Shown one piece after another: positions 19,352-29,697 of a DNA stretch of 64,000 bases (its first letter is position 1; every line of letters starts with the position of its first letter). The translations under genes were made by a program, and so were the position numbers. The notes beneath the pieces are model-generated. The model was not told where the DNA came from, ran no database searches, and saw only the letters and a list, made by a program, of their open reading frames with translations. The stretch is from Alphaproteobacteria bacterium (lineage in GTDB: Bacteria; Pseudomonadota; Alphaproteobacteria; G965222575): contig OZ244958.1 in assembly GCA_965222575.1 (NCBI GenBank), forward strand, positions 512,001 through 576,000, written 5' to 3'.

Positions 19352-20281
19352 TTATTTTCTGAGGGCGCGAATATTGTTGATATGGTCTTTTAGGGTTTCT
19401 GAGAAGAGGTGTCCGCCTTTTTTGTCAGCGACGAAATAGAGGGCTTTTGTTTTTGCGGGCTGTAGAACGGCTTTGATGGAGGCTTTGCCGGGATGACAAA
19501 TAGCACCGGGCGGTAAGCCTTTGAACACATAGGTATTAAAAGGGTGGGGGGTTTTGAGTTTCTTTTTTGTCAGCGGCGGCTGTTCCTTATATAAAACGGA
19601 AGGGTCTGATTGTAGTAACATGCCTTTGCGTAAGCGATTGTAGAAAACGCCGGCTATCCTGTAGCGTTCGTGTTCACGTGCGGTTTCTTTTTCCACTAGA
19701 GAGGCTAAAATGACAGCTTCTTGAGGCGTGGTGATAAGGTCTGAGAGGGCTTCTTTGTTGCGGTTTTCCCAAGCGGTATTGAGAAACTCCTCTTGTGCCG
19801 TTTTCAGTCTGGTAATCACTGAGGATACAGGAGTTTGGTGTTCTATGTAATAGGTTTCAGGTAAAAGGCTGCCTTCAGCGAAAGCAGGCGGGGTATCTTG
19901 TCTTAAAAATGGACTCTTCTTGAGGAGAGATAAAATCTCTTCAGAGGTTAGTCCTTCTGGAATCATCAGGGTGGTAATTTCTGTTTGTCCTTTGATGAGG
20001 CGGTATAAAATGCTTGCTCCTAGCGTCCCTTTCTCAAAGGAGTAAGTCCCTGCCACAATGCGTTTGTCTTGCCCTAAAAGGCGCGTATAAAAAATAAACA
20101 GCCGGGGAGTGGCGAGATTGTCCTCAAAAGACGACACAATGGACTTCAGAGATTGACCGTATGCAATGTTAAGGTGTACAGGTACCTTAATGGGAAGAGC
20201 AAAGGCTAGGAGGAAAAGGCCTATCTGGCTTACCACAAGTAAGACAATGAGGACGATTAAAGTTTTTTGAAAATTATACAC
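19352..20281 (-). CDS. mltG: Endolytic transglycosylase MltG
   Basis: IPEG, EGSLLPETY, LASLVEKET, LQSDP, GLPPGAI, LYFVAD. Confidence 0.94.
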   Translation of the reverse strand: MYNFQKTLIVLIVLLVVSQIGLFLLAFALPIKVPVHLNIAYGQSLKSIVSSFEDNLATPRLFIFYTRLLGQDKRIVAGTYSFEKGTLGASILYRLIKGQTEITTLMIPEGLTSEEILSLLKKSPFLRQDTPPAFAEGSLLPETYYIEHQTPVSSVITRLKTAQEEFLNTAWENRNKEALSDLITTPQEAVILASLVEKETAREHERYRIAGVFYNRLRKGMLLQSDPSVLYKEQPPLTKKKLKTPHPFNTYVFKGLPPGAICHPGKASIKAVLQPAKTKALYFVADKKGGHLFSETLKDHINNIRALRK

Positions 20282-21453
20282 CCATTAGTTCCTCCAAAAC
20301 CAAACGAATTAGACAGTACTGCCTTGAATTTTCCTCCTTCTCTCGGACTGAGCGGTACCAAATCAAAAATGTTACTTTGCGGTGGTGTTTCGAGATTCAA
20401 AGTCGCAGGGGCTATGCCAGTTCTTAAGGCTTGAATGGCAAAAATGGCTTCCAGCCCCCCTGCTGCCCCTAACAGGTGGCCTGTTGCGGATTTTGTAGAG
20501 GACACCAAGGGGCGTTTTGTTTCTTTTCCCCACAATTTTGTTAAGGCTTTCAATTCCGTTTCGTCCCCTAAAGGCGTGCTTGTAGCATGGGCGTTGAGAT
20601 ACCCGATATCTGATAAACGAAGACCGCTGCTTCTAAGGGCTTCTTCCATAGCACGCCGCCCTCCCTCCCCGCTAGCCTCCGGTGCCGTGACATGATACGC
20701 ATCGCAACTTGCTCCATACCCTCCCACTTCAGCCAATATCTCCGCTCCACGCTTCAAAGCGTGGTCATAAGACTCTAAAACCAAAACCCCAGCCCCTTCA
20801 GACATCACAAACCCATCACGCTTCACATCCCAAGGCCTAGACGCTGCTTGCGGATCCTCACAATAACCCCGGGATAAAGCACAAGCCGCCTGAAAAGCCT
20901 CTAACCCAAAACGACACAAAGGGGCTTCACTGCCTCCTACTACTACAGCATCACAACGATTAGTCCTAATTAACCAGTACCCTTCTCCTATACTATGCAA
21001 CCCCGTAGAACAGGCTGATGTAATCCCTATGTTAATGCCCTTAAAACCATACCGAATCGATACCAACCCGCCGCACATATTCCCTAACAAACCCGGTATG
21101 GTAAAAGGACTGAGCTTCTTGCCTCCTCTTGAACTCCCCTCCTCCATCCCCTTAAGATTCCCTAAAGCACTCCCTATCAGAACGCCTACTCTTTCCGAGG
21201 CTTCCACGCCGCTTTGCTCTATGGCTTCTACACTTGCTGCTAACCCATAGTGAATAAACGAGTCAAAACGGCGCGCTGTCTTTTTATCCATAAAATCGAG
21301 CGGCGAAAAATCCCTGATTTCCCCACCGTAAAAATCCTGATGTGACAGGCAAACAATACCGCTCTTCCCCGATACAAGAGCCTCCCAACTCCGCTTAACC
21401 CCTATGCCAAGAGGATTAACCGTCCCCATCCCTGTAACCACAACACGGTGCAT
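20257..21453 (-). CDS. fabF: 3-oxoacyl-ACP synthase II
   Basis: RVVVTGMG, SACSTG, NAHATST, KSATGHLLGAAG, SNSFGFGG. Confidence 0.96.
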   Translation of the reverse strand: MHRVVVTGMGTVNPLGIGVKRSWEALVSGKSGIVCLSHQDFYGGEIRDFSPLDFMDKKTARRFDSFIHYGLAASVEAIEQSGVEASERVGVLIGSALGNLKGMEEGSSRGGKKLSPFTIPGLLGNMCGGLVSIRYGFKGINIGITSACSTGLHSIGEGYWLIRTNRCDAVVVGGSEAPLCRFGLEAFQAACALSRGYCEDPQAASRPWDVKRDGFVMSEGAGVLVLESYDHALKRGAEILAEVGGYGASCDAYHVTAPEASGEGGRRAMEEALRSSGLRLSDIGYLNAHATSTPLGDETELKALTKLWGKETKRPLVSSTKSATGHLLGAAGGLEAIFAIQALRTGIAPATLNLETPPQSNIFDLVPLSPREGGKFKAVLSNSFGFGGTNGCIIFKKL

Positions 21454-21468
21454 GCCTGAAAAAAAATA

Positions 21469-21711
21469 TTATGGTAAATTCTCTTCAATATATGTAATCA
21501 CAGACCCTACCGTTAACAGCTTCTCCGCTTCCTCGTCTGATATCTCACACCCAAACTTCTCTTCAAACGCCATCACAAGCTCCACCACATCTAAACTGTC
21601 TGCCCCTAAGTCTTTCATGAAGGCCGCTTCAGCCTTGATTTCTTCTTTCTTCACAGACAAATTATCACAGATAATCTCCGTTACAATATTCGTAATTTCT
21701 TTTCTATCCAT
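21469..21711 (-). CDS. acpP: Acyl carrier protein
   Basis: [18 protein letters not shown]. Confidence 0.98.
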   Translation of the reverse strand: MDRKEITNIVTEIICDNLSVKKEEIKAEAAFMKDLGADSLDVVELVMAFEEKFGCEISDEEAEKLLTVGSVITYIEENLP

Positions 21712-21755
21712 TGTTCGTTGCTTTCTTTATCTTTCACTCAAAGTTTATTATGAGT

Positions 21756-23078
21756 TTACATGATAAAAAGCCAAGAGAAAAGAGCAAAAATTGGTCCCAA
21801 AAATAGCGCCGCCCACAACATATAACTGAAGAAATCCGGCATTTTTACTCCGTGTTTCTTCGCAATGGACTTCACCATAAAATTAGGGGCATTCCCAATA
21901 TAAGAGTTTGCCCCCATAAATACAGCCCCAGCAGAAATCGCAACCAACGTTGTCTTTTGTGCACCCATCAAGGTCTCTGGGTCACCACCAGCTGCATTGA
22001 AAAACAAAAGATAGGTCGGCGCATTGTCTAAAAAAGACGAAAGCACACCGGTTAACCAAAAATACACAAGAGGATTATTTTCTCCAGTTGATGTTGTTAA
22101 CGCCACAAATAAACTTCTAAATGGACCAGATTGTCCCATCTCTAAAAATCCTATCACCGGCGCAATGGTGATAAAAATTCCCGCGAAAATTTTTCCAACT
22201 TCCAAAATCGGCTCCCAGTCGAATTCATTTTGCTCTCTGATGCTTTGCGGCGTCACAAGGAAGGAAATCACGGCTAAGGTTATAAGACTTGCATCGCGCA
22301 GGAGAGAAGACAAATCCACATGATAGGATGACAGAATCGGTAGCTCATAAGACCAAGTCGTGCTGAGTAAAATGCTCCCAATTAACAGTCCTAAAAATCC
22401 TATGTTATAAAGCCCTTTTAAGCCTTTCTCTTTGCTGCCGCCTTGGTGGGAACGTATGGCGGGGTCTTCTTTGCGCCAAAAATATGTGTCTAGTAGATAA
22501 AAAATCCCTAATAAAATACTGCTGATGAAGACCATGGGTAAGAACAGGTGAACAGTAGGCCAGAAAAAATCCACCCCTTTCAAAAACCCTAAAAACAAAG
22601 GCGGGTCTCCCAAAGGAGAAAGAGAACCTCCAATGTTAGAGACTAAGAAAATAAAAAAGATGACAAGATGAACGCGGTATTTCCTGTACTTGTTAGCGCG
22701 CAGTAAAGGCTTGATAAATAAAATAGAGGCGCCAGTCGTCCCTGTTAAAGAGGCTACCGCTGTCCCCATTGAAAGATATTTTGTGTTGTGAAAAGGAGTC
22801 CCATGACTGCTACCCGCTATCATGATACCGCTTGCTATCACATAAAGAGACGATATCAACACAATAAATGGTAGGTACTCTTCTAAGAAAACATGAAACA
22901 GGAGACTTGCAGTCTCTCCGCTGCCTATGAGGAGAACTTGGGGAACCAACATCAGTCCCGTCCAAAACAAGACGATTTTCCCATAATGATGGTGTATGGT
23001 ACTTGGCAACACCAATAAACCTAGCGCAATGCTTAGCAACAAGCCAGCAAACGGAACGCACCAAAGAAGAGAAGACAT
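21756..23078 (-). CDS. Putative sodium:proton antiporter (IT superfamily membrane protein)
   Basis: About 12 TM helices, GTTGAS, SNIGGSLSPLGDPPLFLG, LSSFLDNAPTY, YIGNAPNFMVK. Confidence 0.85.
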   Translation of the reverse strand: MSSLLWCVPFAGLLLSIALGLLVLPSTIHHHYGKIVLFWTGLMLVPQVLLIGSGETASLLFHVFLEEYLPFIVLISSLYVIASGIMIAGSSHGTPFHNTKYLSMGTAVASLTGTTGASILFIKPLLRANKYRKYRVHLVIFFIFLVSNIGGSLSPLGDPPLFLGFLKGVDFFWPTVHLFLPMVFISSILLGIFYLLDTYFWRKEDPAIRSHQGGSKEKGLKGLYNIGFLGLLIGSILLSTTWSYELPILSSYHVDLSSLLRDASLITLAVISFLVTPQSIREQNEFDWEPILEVGKIFAGIFITIAPVIGFLEMGQSGPFRSLFVALTTSTGENNPLVYFWLTGVLSSFLDNAPTYLLFFNAAGGDPETLMGAQKTTLVAISAGAVFMGANSYIGNAPNFMVKSIAKKHGVKMPDFFSYMLWAALFLGPIFALFSWLFIM

Positions 23079-23090
23079 AACCCTTTTGAT

Positions 23091-24128
23091 TTATTGAGAT
23101 GAGAGAAAAAATTGACGGCTAAGACGCAATCCTTGACCTTGATAATGAGACCCAAGGGCAGCACCATATGGACGAGCAACCGCTTTGTTCAGAGGATAAA
23201 ATGTCAACTGACCCACCACTTGCTTGTGAGATAACAACATAGGCGTTTCATGTACGCGTATCTCTAAGACAGCACGCGAGGGTACCCCTAGACCAAAGCC
23301 CGGGTCAAAAAACCCAGCATAATGTAAACGATATGCCCCTAAACTATGTTCATAAGGACATAACTCTGCTGTCATTGATAAAGGAATGGAAACACTCTCA
23401 TGACTCCGCAAAATATAAAAATTGTCTGGCAATAAAGACAGCCAACCCTCCTTTGCCTTCACAGGCTCCCAAAAATCCTCCGCCCGATAACGCCCAACAG
23501 AATCAAACACTAAAGGCCTTGTAACCGCCTTCTTCGCAACCCACCCCACAACCCCTCCTTCTTCCTCCAAACTCATCCGTATAGGCATACGCTCTATAGT
23601 CTTCTGTTTCACTGATTTCTTCGCAAAACGTATCTGATTAAGCGTGTCTCCTGCTTTGAGAACAATATCAAAACTCCGGGACGAAATTTCCGCATATAAT
23701 GACCCCTCATAACCAAAAGGCGTCCTATCATAACAGGCTATCTCCTTACCAGATTCACACATCAAACGCACAAACATATCTAAGCGCCCAGACGAACTCT
23801 TCGCATTGCTAATACACAGAACTTCTTCTGGTAAAGATAAAGACTCCATCAACGGCACAATATACACATGAGACTTCTTGAAAAGCGCACCATCCCCTTC
23901 CAGATTCAACACTTCATCACTCAAAGACTGTAAAGCCGATTGCAAAGGACAATCCTCCGATGGAAGAAAACTTCCCCGCACAGCATAGGCTTTCTTCCCA
24001 AGACGTAAATCTAAACTTGCAGGCTGTTGCTGTCCCGACTTGAGAGGATGGACAGCATGTACCCATGAAAGCGTGCGCTTCTCCAGTGATAACATCTCTA
24101 ACATGTCATAAAACATAAACCGCCTCAA
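23091..24128 (-). CDS. dcd: dCTP deaminase (alphaproteobacterial long form)
   Basis: QPASLDLRLG, KSSSGRLD, HYAGFFDPGFG, AVLEIR, SHYQGQGL; exact start uncertain. Confidence 0.88.
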   Translation of the reverse strand: MRRFMFYDMLEMLSLEKRTLSWVHAVHPLKSGQQQPASLDLRLGKKAYAVRGSFLPSEDCPLQSALQSLSDEVLNLEGDGALFKKSHVYIVPLMESLSLPEEVLCISNAKSSSGRLDMFVRLMCESGKEIACYDRTPFGYEGSLYAEISSRSFDIVLKAGDTLNQIRFAKKSVKQKTIERMPIRMSLEEEGGVVGWVAKKAVTRPLVFDSVGRYRAEDFWEPVKAKEGWLSLLPDNFYILRSHESVSIPLSMTAELCPYEHSLGAYRLHYAGFFDPGFGLGVPSRAVLEIRVHETPMLLSHKQVVGQLTFYPLNKAVARPYGAALGSHYQGQGLRLSRQFFLSSQ

Positions 24129-24210
24129 ATCGTAAAAAAATACCTGTTATTACTATAGACAATTTCTATCTTCAGGGAAAAGAATTAAAAGAAAGCCAAT
24201 GAGAGATTCT

Positions 24211-24507
24211 TCTTGTCAAAGGCTAAGGGAAACCAGTGAAAGTAGGGCGTGAGGTTGGCGGATTGTCTTTAGTCTCTTGTCAAAGGCTAAGGGGAAACCA
24301 GTGAGAGTAGGGCGTGAGGAGGTTGGCGGGTTGTCTTCAGTCTCTTGTCAAAGGCTAAGGGGAAACCAGTGAAAGTAGGGCGTGAGGTTGGCGGGTTGTC
24401 TTCAGTCTCTTGTCAAAGGCTAAGGGGAAACCAGTGAAAGTAGGGCGTGAGGTTGGCGGATTGTCTTCAGTCTCTTGTCAAAGGCTAGGGGGAAACCAGT
24501 GAGAGTA
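24211..24507. repeat. Tandem array A: 4.5 copies of about 65 bp, including the prfB 3' end
   Basis: Units start at 24211, 24275, 24343, 24408, 24473 (TCTTGTCAAAGGCTAAGGGGAAACCAGTGAAAGTAGGGCGTGAGGTTGGCGG...). Confidence 0.97.
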
Positions 24508-25592
24508 AATAGGCTTCTAAGAAGCCATCTATTTTTCCATCTAAAACAGCCTTACCGTTTCTGTTTTCATAGTGTGTGCGTAAATCTTTCACCATTGTAT
24601 AAGGGTGAAAAACATAAGAGCGTATCTGGTGTCCCCATCCTATATCCTCTAATTTTCCGTAGTTTTTTTGTTTATCATCTAGGACTTTTCTTTCTGATAG
24701 TTCGTAGAGTCTCGCTTCTAACATTTTTCGCGCTTGTGCGCGGTTGCGGTGTTGAGAGCGGCTATTTTGGCATTGAACGACAATGCCTGTTGGGTAGTGT
24801 GTCAGACGAATGGCGCTGTCTGTGCGATTGACGTGCTGTCCTCCTGCTCCAGAGGCGCGGTAAGTATCAACGCGAATATCTTTTTCTTCAATTTTGATCT
24901 CTAAACGTGATTCTACCTGTGGATAAACCTCTATGGACGCAAAAGATGTATGCCGTCTCTTGCCAGAATCAAAGGGGGATATCCTCACCAAACGGTGTAC
25001 ACCAGATTCCCCTTTTAACCAACCATAGCTATACCTTCCTTTCATGCCCAAAGTTGCTGATTTAATACCAGCCTCTTCTCCATCTGTACGATGCACAATC
25101 TCACAGCCCACGCCTCGTCGTTCCGCCCACCGACTATAAAGACGCAACAACATCAAAGCCCAATCCTGGCTCTCCGTACCGCCAGCCCCCGCATGAATCT
25201 CAAGATAGCAAGACTCCTCATCACACTTCCCCTTCATCAACGATAACAAGGCTTCATGACGCGCCTCCGCCTGCACCTTCAACAAAGACTCCGCTGTGGC
25301 TTTTTGTAAGGACAAATCACCATCCTCCACAGCAAGCCTGTATAATTCCTCTAAGGTTGTCTGCTCTTCCTTCAGAGACTCATACTGTTTAATGCGTACC
25401 TGCAAGCGCTTTAAGGCCTTTAACTCTTCTTTTAAGACCTGCCCGCCTCCTGCATTCCACAGCGTTTCATCCTCTAGCTTCTCTAACCGACTCTTTAAGT
25501 GTTCCTTGCACTCAGGCCAGTCAAAGACACCTCCTGAGAATCCCTAAGGAGCTATTGAGAGATTTTAGACTGTTTTCAATATCAATTCTCAT
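24485..25592 (-). CDS. prfB: Peptide chain release factor 2 (programmed +1 frameshift)
   Basis: ATG at 25592, 23 codons to CTT-TGA-C, then the +1 frame joins the ORF carrying SPF and GGQ. Confidence 0.97.
25520..25535 (-). promoter_or_regulatory. prfB autoregulatory frameshift cassette
   Basis: AGGAGG-TGT-CTT-TGA-C. Confidence 0.95.
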
Positions 25593-25611
25593 GAGGCTTT
25601 GGGGTAGAGTT

Positions 25612-27990
25612 TTAGTGATAGGGCGGTAGAAAAGACGAAGGCTTCGGCCAAGTGAATTCTTTGAAGCTCTTTTCATCCAATTCTTCCCAGCGCGGGCCTG
25701 TTCCCCCCCTTCTCTCCTTTTTAACGGGAATGAAAAGAATCTCCTTAGGGATGGGAAAGGTGCTTTGCGTTGACAACTCTTCAGTTTCTTGTATTGTGTT
25801 CAGCAAATCCTGAAAAATAGGAACCATGGTGTTAGAGGCCGCGGTCTTTTTCCCTAGACTCGTTGGGAGATCATATCCCATATAAAGCCCTATGGCTAAG
25901 GAAGGCGTCAAGCCTATGAACCATAAGTCCTGACTATTGTTTGTTGTGCCAGTCTTTCCAGCGAGAGGAAGGGGGATACGATTCAAGCGGGCAGCTGTTC
26001 CTCGATGGACAACCCCTTTGAGTAAGGATAAAACCTGATAGGCTACGGCAGGGGAGAGAATCTGCTCTCTTTTGTCCACCACGCGCGGGAGCTGGTCGCC
26101 TCCTTTCTCCCAAGGCAACTGCTTGTCTTCAATTTCAAAGGGCGAGTTCACAAGGAGCGTTTTCCCTTCTCTATTCTGTACACGCGAAATGAAGACAGGC
26201 GTTACTTTCTTCCCTCCGTTGACAAAACTAGCGTAAGCTGCTGTAAGCTTTAGTAAGGTCGTCTCAACAGACCCAATAGCCAAAGAAGGCGTTAAAGACG
26301 GATTCTGATTCAGTTGAAAATCCTGTACCCTTTGACCTATTTTGTCCAGACCCACCGCAAGCCCTAGACGAATGGCCATCAAATTATGGGACTGCTCTAG
26401 TCCTTGTCTTAAGGACTTCTCTCCTTCAAAAAAGCCGCTATAATTCCTAGGACGCCACAGCATAAAGTCTCCTTGCTCCATGACAAGAGGCATGTTGGAG
26501 AGGCGCGATAAGGAGGTGTACCCTTGCTCAAAGGCTGTGGCATACACAAAGGGCTTGAAAGCTGAACCGGGCTGGCGTTGTGCCTGTGTCGCCCTGTTGA
26601 AATGCGATAACCCAAATTGCCACCCCCCAATCAATGTTAACACTTCTCCTGTGTGGGCATTCATTATCACTAAGGCACCATTCACTTCAGGGACCTGCTC
26701 AATATGCCACGTCCCATCAACATTCACCCCTACAGTAACCAAATCTCCAACCTGTAGAACCTCATCTAAGGAGGTAAGCGGCTCTCCTAAGGTACCCTCA
26801 CTATCCAGTGTGCGCATCCAGTCTAAATTTTCCTCCCATAAAATTCCCTCTTCCTCTTCTTCTCCATAAAATTGTAGCTTGCCACCTCTCTCTTCTACCA
26901 CGGATAAACGCGCAAATCTCCAACCCGCTAGTAACCCCTCCGGCGGACGGAGACTCCCCCAGCCCAATGCAGACCACTCCTCTTCTGAAAGATGGCCTAT
27001 AGCCCCCCTGTACCCTCTCTTCCTGTCATAACGCCGAAGTCCAGCTTGTAAAACACTTTGACCCTCATATTGTCGTTGCGTATCCATTGTGCCATATAAC
27101 ACAAGACCTTCCTTGTACAACCTTTTTGACCCATAAGTCTTAAGCGCCCAACGACGAACTTCTTCTGTAAACCACGCCGTTGAAGCAGACCTAGCGGTAC
27201 GCTTTTGCTCCGTAACCTCTATAGGAAAAGACACAGCTCTCTTGAAAATATCTGCCGTGATATACTCATTTTTTAACATCTGTTCCAACACCCAACGCCT
27301 CCTCTCTAAGGCCCGAGCAGGGTGCTTAAGCGGGTTAAACAAGTTTGGACCCTTAGGCAAAGTCGCTAAAAACGCACACTCCTCCAATGTCAATGCTGAC
27401 ACACTCTTATCAAAATACGCCAAAGACGCTTTCCCAATCCCCCATGCTCCAAACCCAAAATAAATCTCGTTAATATACAGTTCAAAAATCTTTTCCTTTG
27501 ATAAAATCCTCTCTATACGCAAAGACAAAATCGCTTCCTGTATCTTCCTATCCAGTGTTCTTTCCCGACTCAATAGAAAATTTTTCGCCACCTGCTGGGT
27601 AATCGTTGAAGCCCCTATTAAACGCTCCTTGCGCACCTTACGACCAATATTCTTCAATCCCGCTACAATTGTACTGACTATGTCTATCCCCCCATGAGAA
27701 AAAAATCTCTTATCCTCCGCTGAAATAAAAGCTTTCACTAACAAAGGCGGTAGACTCTCATAAGGCAAATATACCCGGTGCTGATAAGCAAAATCCTCCA
27801 ATAACTCCCCCTGCCGACTGTAAAGACGACTGATGGTATCTGTCTGGTGATTGAGAAGATCACTGTGTGACGGCAGACGCACACTGTAATACAGAAAAGT
27901 CCCCAACCCCAACAACACAAAACACAAACCCCCTGCTAGCAACAGATACAGAACAAAACGACCCCTCAAAAATCGCAAAGAAAAGGACAT
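25612..27990 (-). CDS. mrcA: Penicillin-binding protein 1A
   Basis: AEDKRFF, GASTITQQ, RKIQE, QPGSAFKP, SHN, GKTGTTN. Confidence 0.95.
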   Translation of the reverse strand: MSFSLRFLRGRFVLYLLLAGGLCFVLLGLGTFLYYSVRLPSHSDLLNHQTDTISRLYSRQGELLEDFAYQHRVYLPYESLPPLLVKAFISAEDKRFFSHGGIDIVSTIVAGLKNIGRKVRKERLIGASTITQQVAKNFLLSRERTLDRKIQEAILSLRIERILSKEKIFELYINEIYFGFGAWGIGKASLAYFDKSVSALTLEECAFLATLPKGPNLFNPLKHPARALERRRWVLEQMLKNEYITADIFKRAVSFPIEVTEQKRTARSASTAWFTEEVRRWALKTYGSKRLYKEGLVLYGTMDTQRQYEGQSVLQAGLRRYDRKRGYRGAIGHLSEEEWSALGWGSLRPPEGLLAGWRFARLSVVEERGGKLQFYGEEEEEGILWEENLDWMRTLDSEGTLGEPLTSLDEVLQVGDLVTVGVNVDGTWHIEQVPEVNGALVIMNAHTGEVLTLIGGWQFGLSHFNRATQAQRQPGSAFKPFVYATAFEQGYTSLSRLSNMPLVMEQGDFMLWRPRNYSGFFEGEKSLRQGLEQSHNLMAIRLGLAVGLDKIGQRVQDFQLNQNPSLTPSLAIGSVETTLLKLTAAYASFVNGGKKVTPVFISRVQNREGKTLLVNSPFEIEDKQLPWEKGGDQLPRVVDKREQILSPAVAYQVLSLLKGVVHRGTAARLNRIPLPLAGKTGTTNNSQDLWFIGLTPSLAIGLYMGYDLPTSLGKKTAASNTMVPIFQDLLNTIQETEELSTQSTFPIPKEILFIPVKKERRGGTGPRWEELDEKSFKEFTWPKPSSFLPPYH

Positions 27991-28059
27991 AAAGCTTGGC
28001 TTGTCTTGATTGATGACTATACTATAAACTGAAAAGACCTACGTGACAACAATCCCATC

Positions 28060-28446
28060 ATGTCTAACACATTTTCTTCCTTTGCTACTATCCTAACGAA
28101 GGAAAAAAAACGACACTTCCACACCCATGATAAAGCCTTTTACGCCCTTCTGAAACATTGGGAAAAATGCGCACCAAATACCATTAGGCAAAACACAAGA
28201 CCCCTTGCATTGAGAAAAGGAATCCTCACACTCGGCGTCCACCCGCACGCTTCCTTGATTGTACGGTATCAACAAGGAAAACTCCTTCTTGCTCTACAGA
28301 ATTTTTTTCGTTCCAAAAAAATTGTGAGCATTAAACTTGTGCCACTTCCTTTGCAAGACACCCTAAAGCCTTGTGCGGGGGAAAAGTTTGAACCCAACAA
28401 GGGGGGGGAAGGAAAGCCTAAAGTCTTGTGCGGGGGAAAAGTTTGA
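28060..28446 (+). CDS. dciA: DUF721/DciA family protein; C-terminal ~28 aa encoded by array B
   Basis: LLKHWEK..TRPL..GILTL..L...Q..LL..L..FF...IVSIKL pattern. Confidence 0.7.
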   Translation: MSNTFSSFATILTKEKKRHFHTHDKAFYALLKHWEKCAPNTIRQNTRPLALRKGILTLGVHPHASLIVRYQQGKLLLALQNFFRSKKIVSIKLVPLPLQDTLKPCAGEKFEPNKGGEGKPKVLCGGKV

Positions 28447-29039
28447 ACCCAACAAGGAGGAGCGGAGGGTCTAAAGCCTTGGGAAAGTTTGAACCCAACA
28501 AGGGGGGGGAGGAAAGCCTAAAGCCTTGTGCGGGGGAAAAGTTTGAACCCAACAAGGAGGGGGAGGAAAGAAAGCCTAAAGCCTAAAGCCCTGTGCGGGG
28601 GAAAAGTTTGAACCCAACAAGGAGGAGCGGAGGAAAGCCTAAAGCCTTGTGCGGGGGAAAAGCTTGAACCCAACAAGGGGGAGGAAGGAAAGCCTAAAGT
28701 CTTGTGCGGGGGAAAAGTTTGAACCCAACAAGGAGGAGCGGAGGGCCTAAAGCCCTGTGCGGGAGAAAAGTGCGGGGGAAAAATTTGAACCCTAAGGGGG
28801 AGGAAGGAAAGCCTAAAGTCTTGTGCGGGGGAAAAGCTTGAACCCAATAAGGGGGGGAGGAAGAAAGCCTAAAGCCTTGTGTGGGGGAAAAGTTTGAACC
28901 CAACAAGGGGGGGAAGGAAAGCCTAAAGCCTTGTGCGGGGGAAAAGTTTGAACCCAACAAGGAGGAGCGGAGGAAAGCCTAAAGCCTTGTGCGGGGAAAA
29001 GTTTGAACCTAACAAGGAGGAGCGGAGGAAAGCCTAAAG
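28362..29039. repeat. Tandem array B: about 12 copies of about 55 bp between convergent genes
   Basis: CCTAAAGCCTTGTGCGGGGGAAAAGTTTGAACCCAACAAGG plus one of two purine tails; right end is the TAG of the 29034 gene. Confidence 0.97.
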
Positions 29040-29351
29040 AGGGGAGTGAACCAGTATTTTCAGGTCTCCCGGACTTGTTGGCAGGATAGTATGGTGATTA
29101 TTTTCATCTAGAAAGGCCACTTGGAACCACCACTCGCCTTCCTCTGTGAAGGTGTGTAATTCTACGGGGAAAACAATGGTGTTTTTTCGCACTGTGCCTT
29201 GGAGGCGTGCGATTTTTGTCGGGTCTTTCCTCAGGACTAAACGCCCGGTGATTTTTGACAAGCTTGAGAGATTGTCATACCCCTTAAGTGTGATAATAAG
29301 GGGTGTTGTATCGCCAATACAGCGGTTAGGAATTGGGGAGAAGTCACTCAT
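29034..29351 (-). CDS. Hypothetical protein resembling the phage baseplate BppU N-terminal domain
   Basis: GDTTPL, EGEWWFQVAF and TILP..GDLKILV pattern; similarity judged by eye. Confidence 0.5.
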   Translation of the reverse strand: MSDFSPIPNRCIGDTTPLIITLKGYDNLSSLSKITGRLVLRKDPTKIARLQGTVRKNTIVFPVELHTFTEEGEWWFQVAFLDENNHHTILPTSPGDLKILVHSPL

Positions 29352-29529
29352 GGATTTTTTCGTCTTGGAGAGGCTTATAGAGGGCTATGGTGCCATGGGG
29401 GAGTGCAAAGGCAATGGTCATAGAAGGGATGAAGAATGTTATGGTGTTTTTCTTTTGAAGTGTGTGATGCAGGATTGTTCTGCGGGGAGAAGGCAAAGAA
29501 AGCGGAAATGTTGTTGGGAGATTTACCAT
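29344..29529 (-). CDS. Small hypothetical protein
   Basis: 61 aa; stop overlaps the start of the 29034 gene by 8 nt. Confidence 0.3.
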   Translation of the reverse strand: MVNLPTTFPLSLPSPRRTILHHTLQKKNTITFFIPSMTIAFALPHGTIALYKPLQDEKIHE

Positions 29530-29697
29530 GGAGACGTTTTATATCTATGAGGGGTATGATACTGAAAAAGTGCATGGGGTTTTTAGAGTAACTTTCCCCT
29601 TTTCCTCTTTAACAAGTTGCTCTACAGCTGGTGTTTCCGGTAACCTTATGCCTTGTACATTGTTTTTAAGGGAGAAATATGCTTATGATAAGGCGTG

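Noticed and set aside
24214-24481. TTGACA in every array A unit as stacked dcd promoters
   Set aside because: No -10 hexamer at 16-18 bp in any unit
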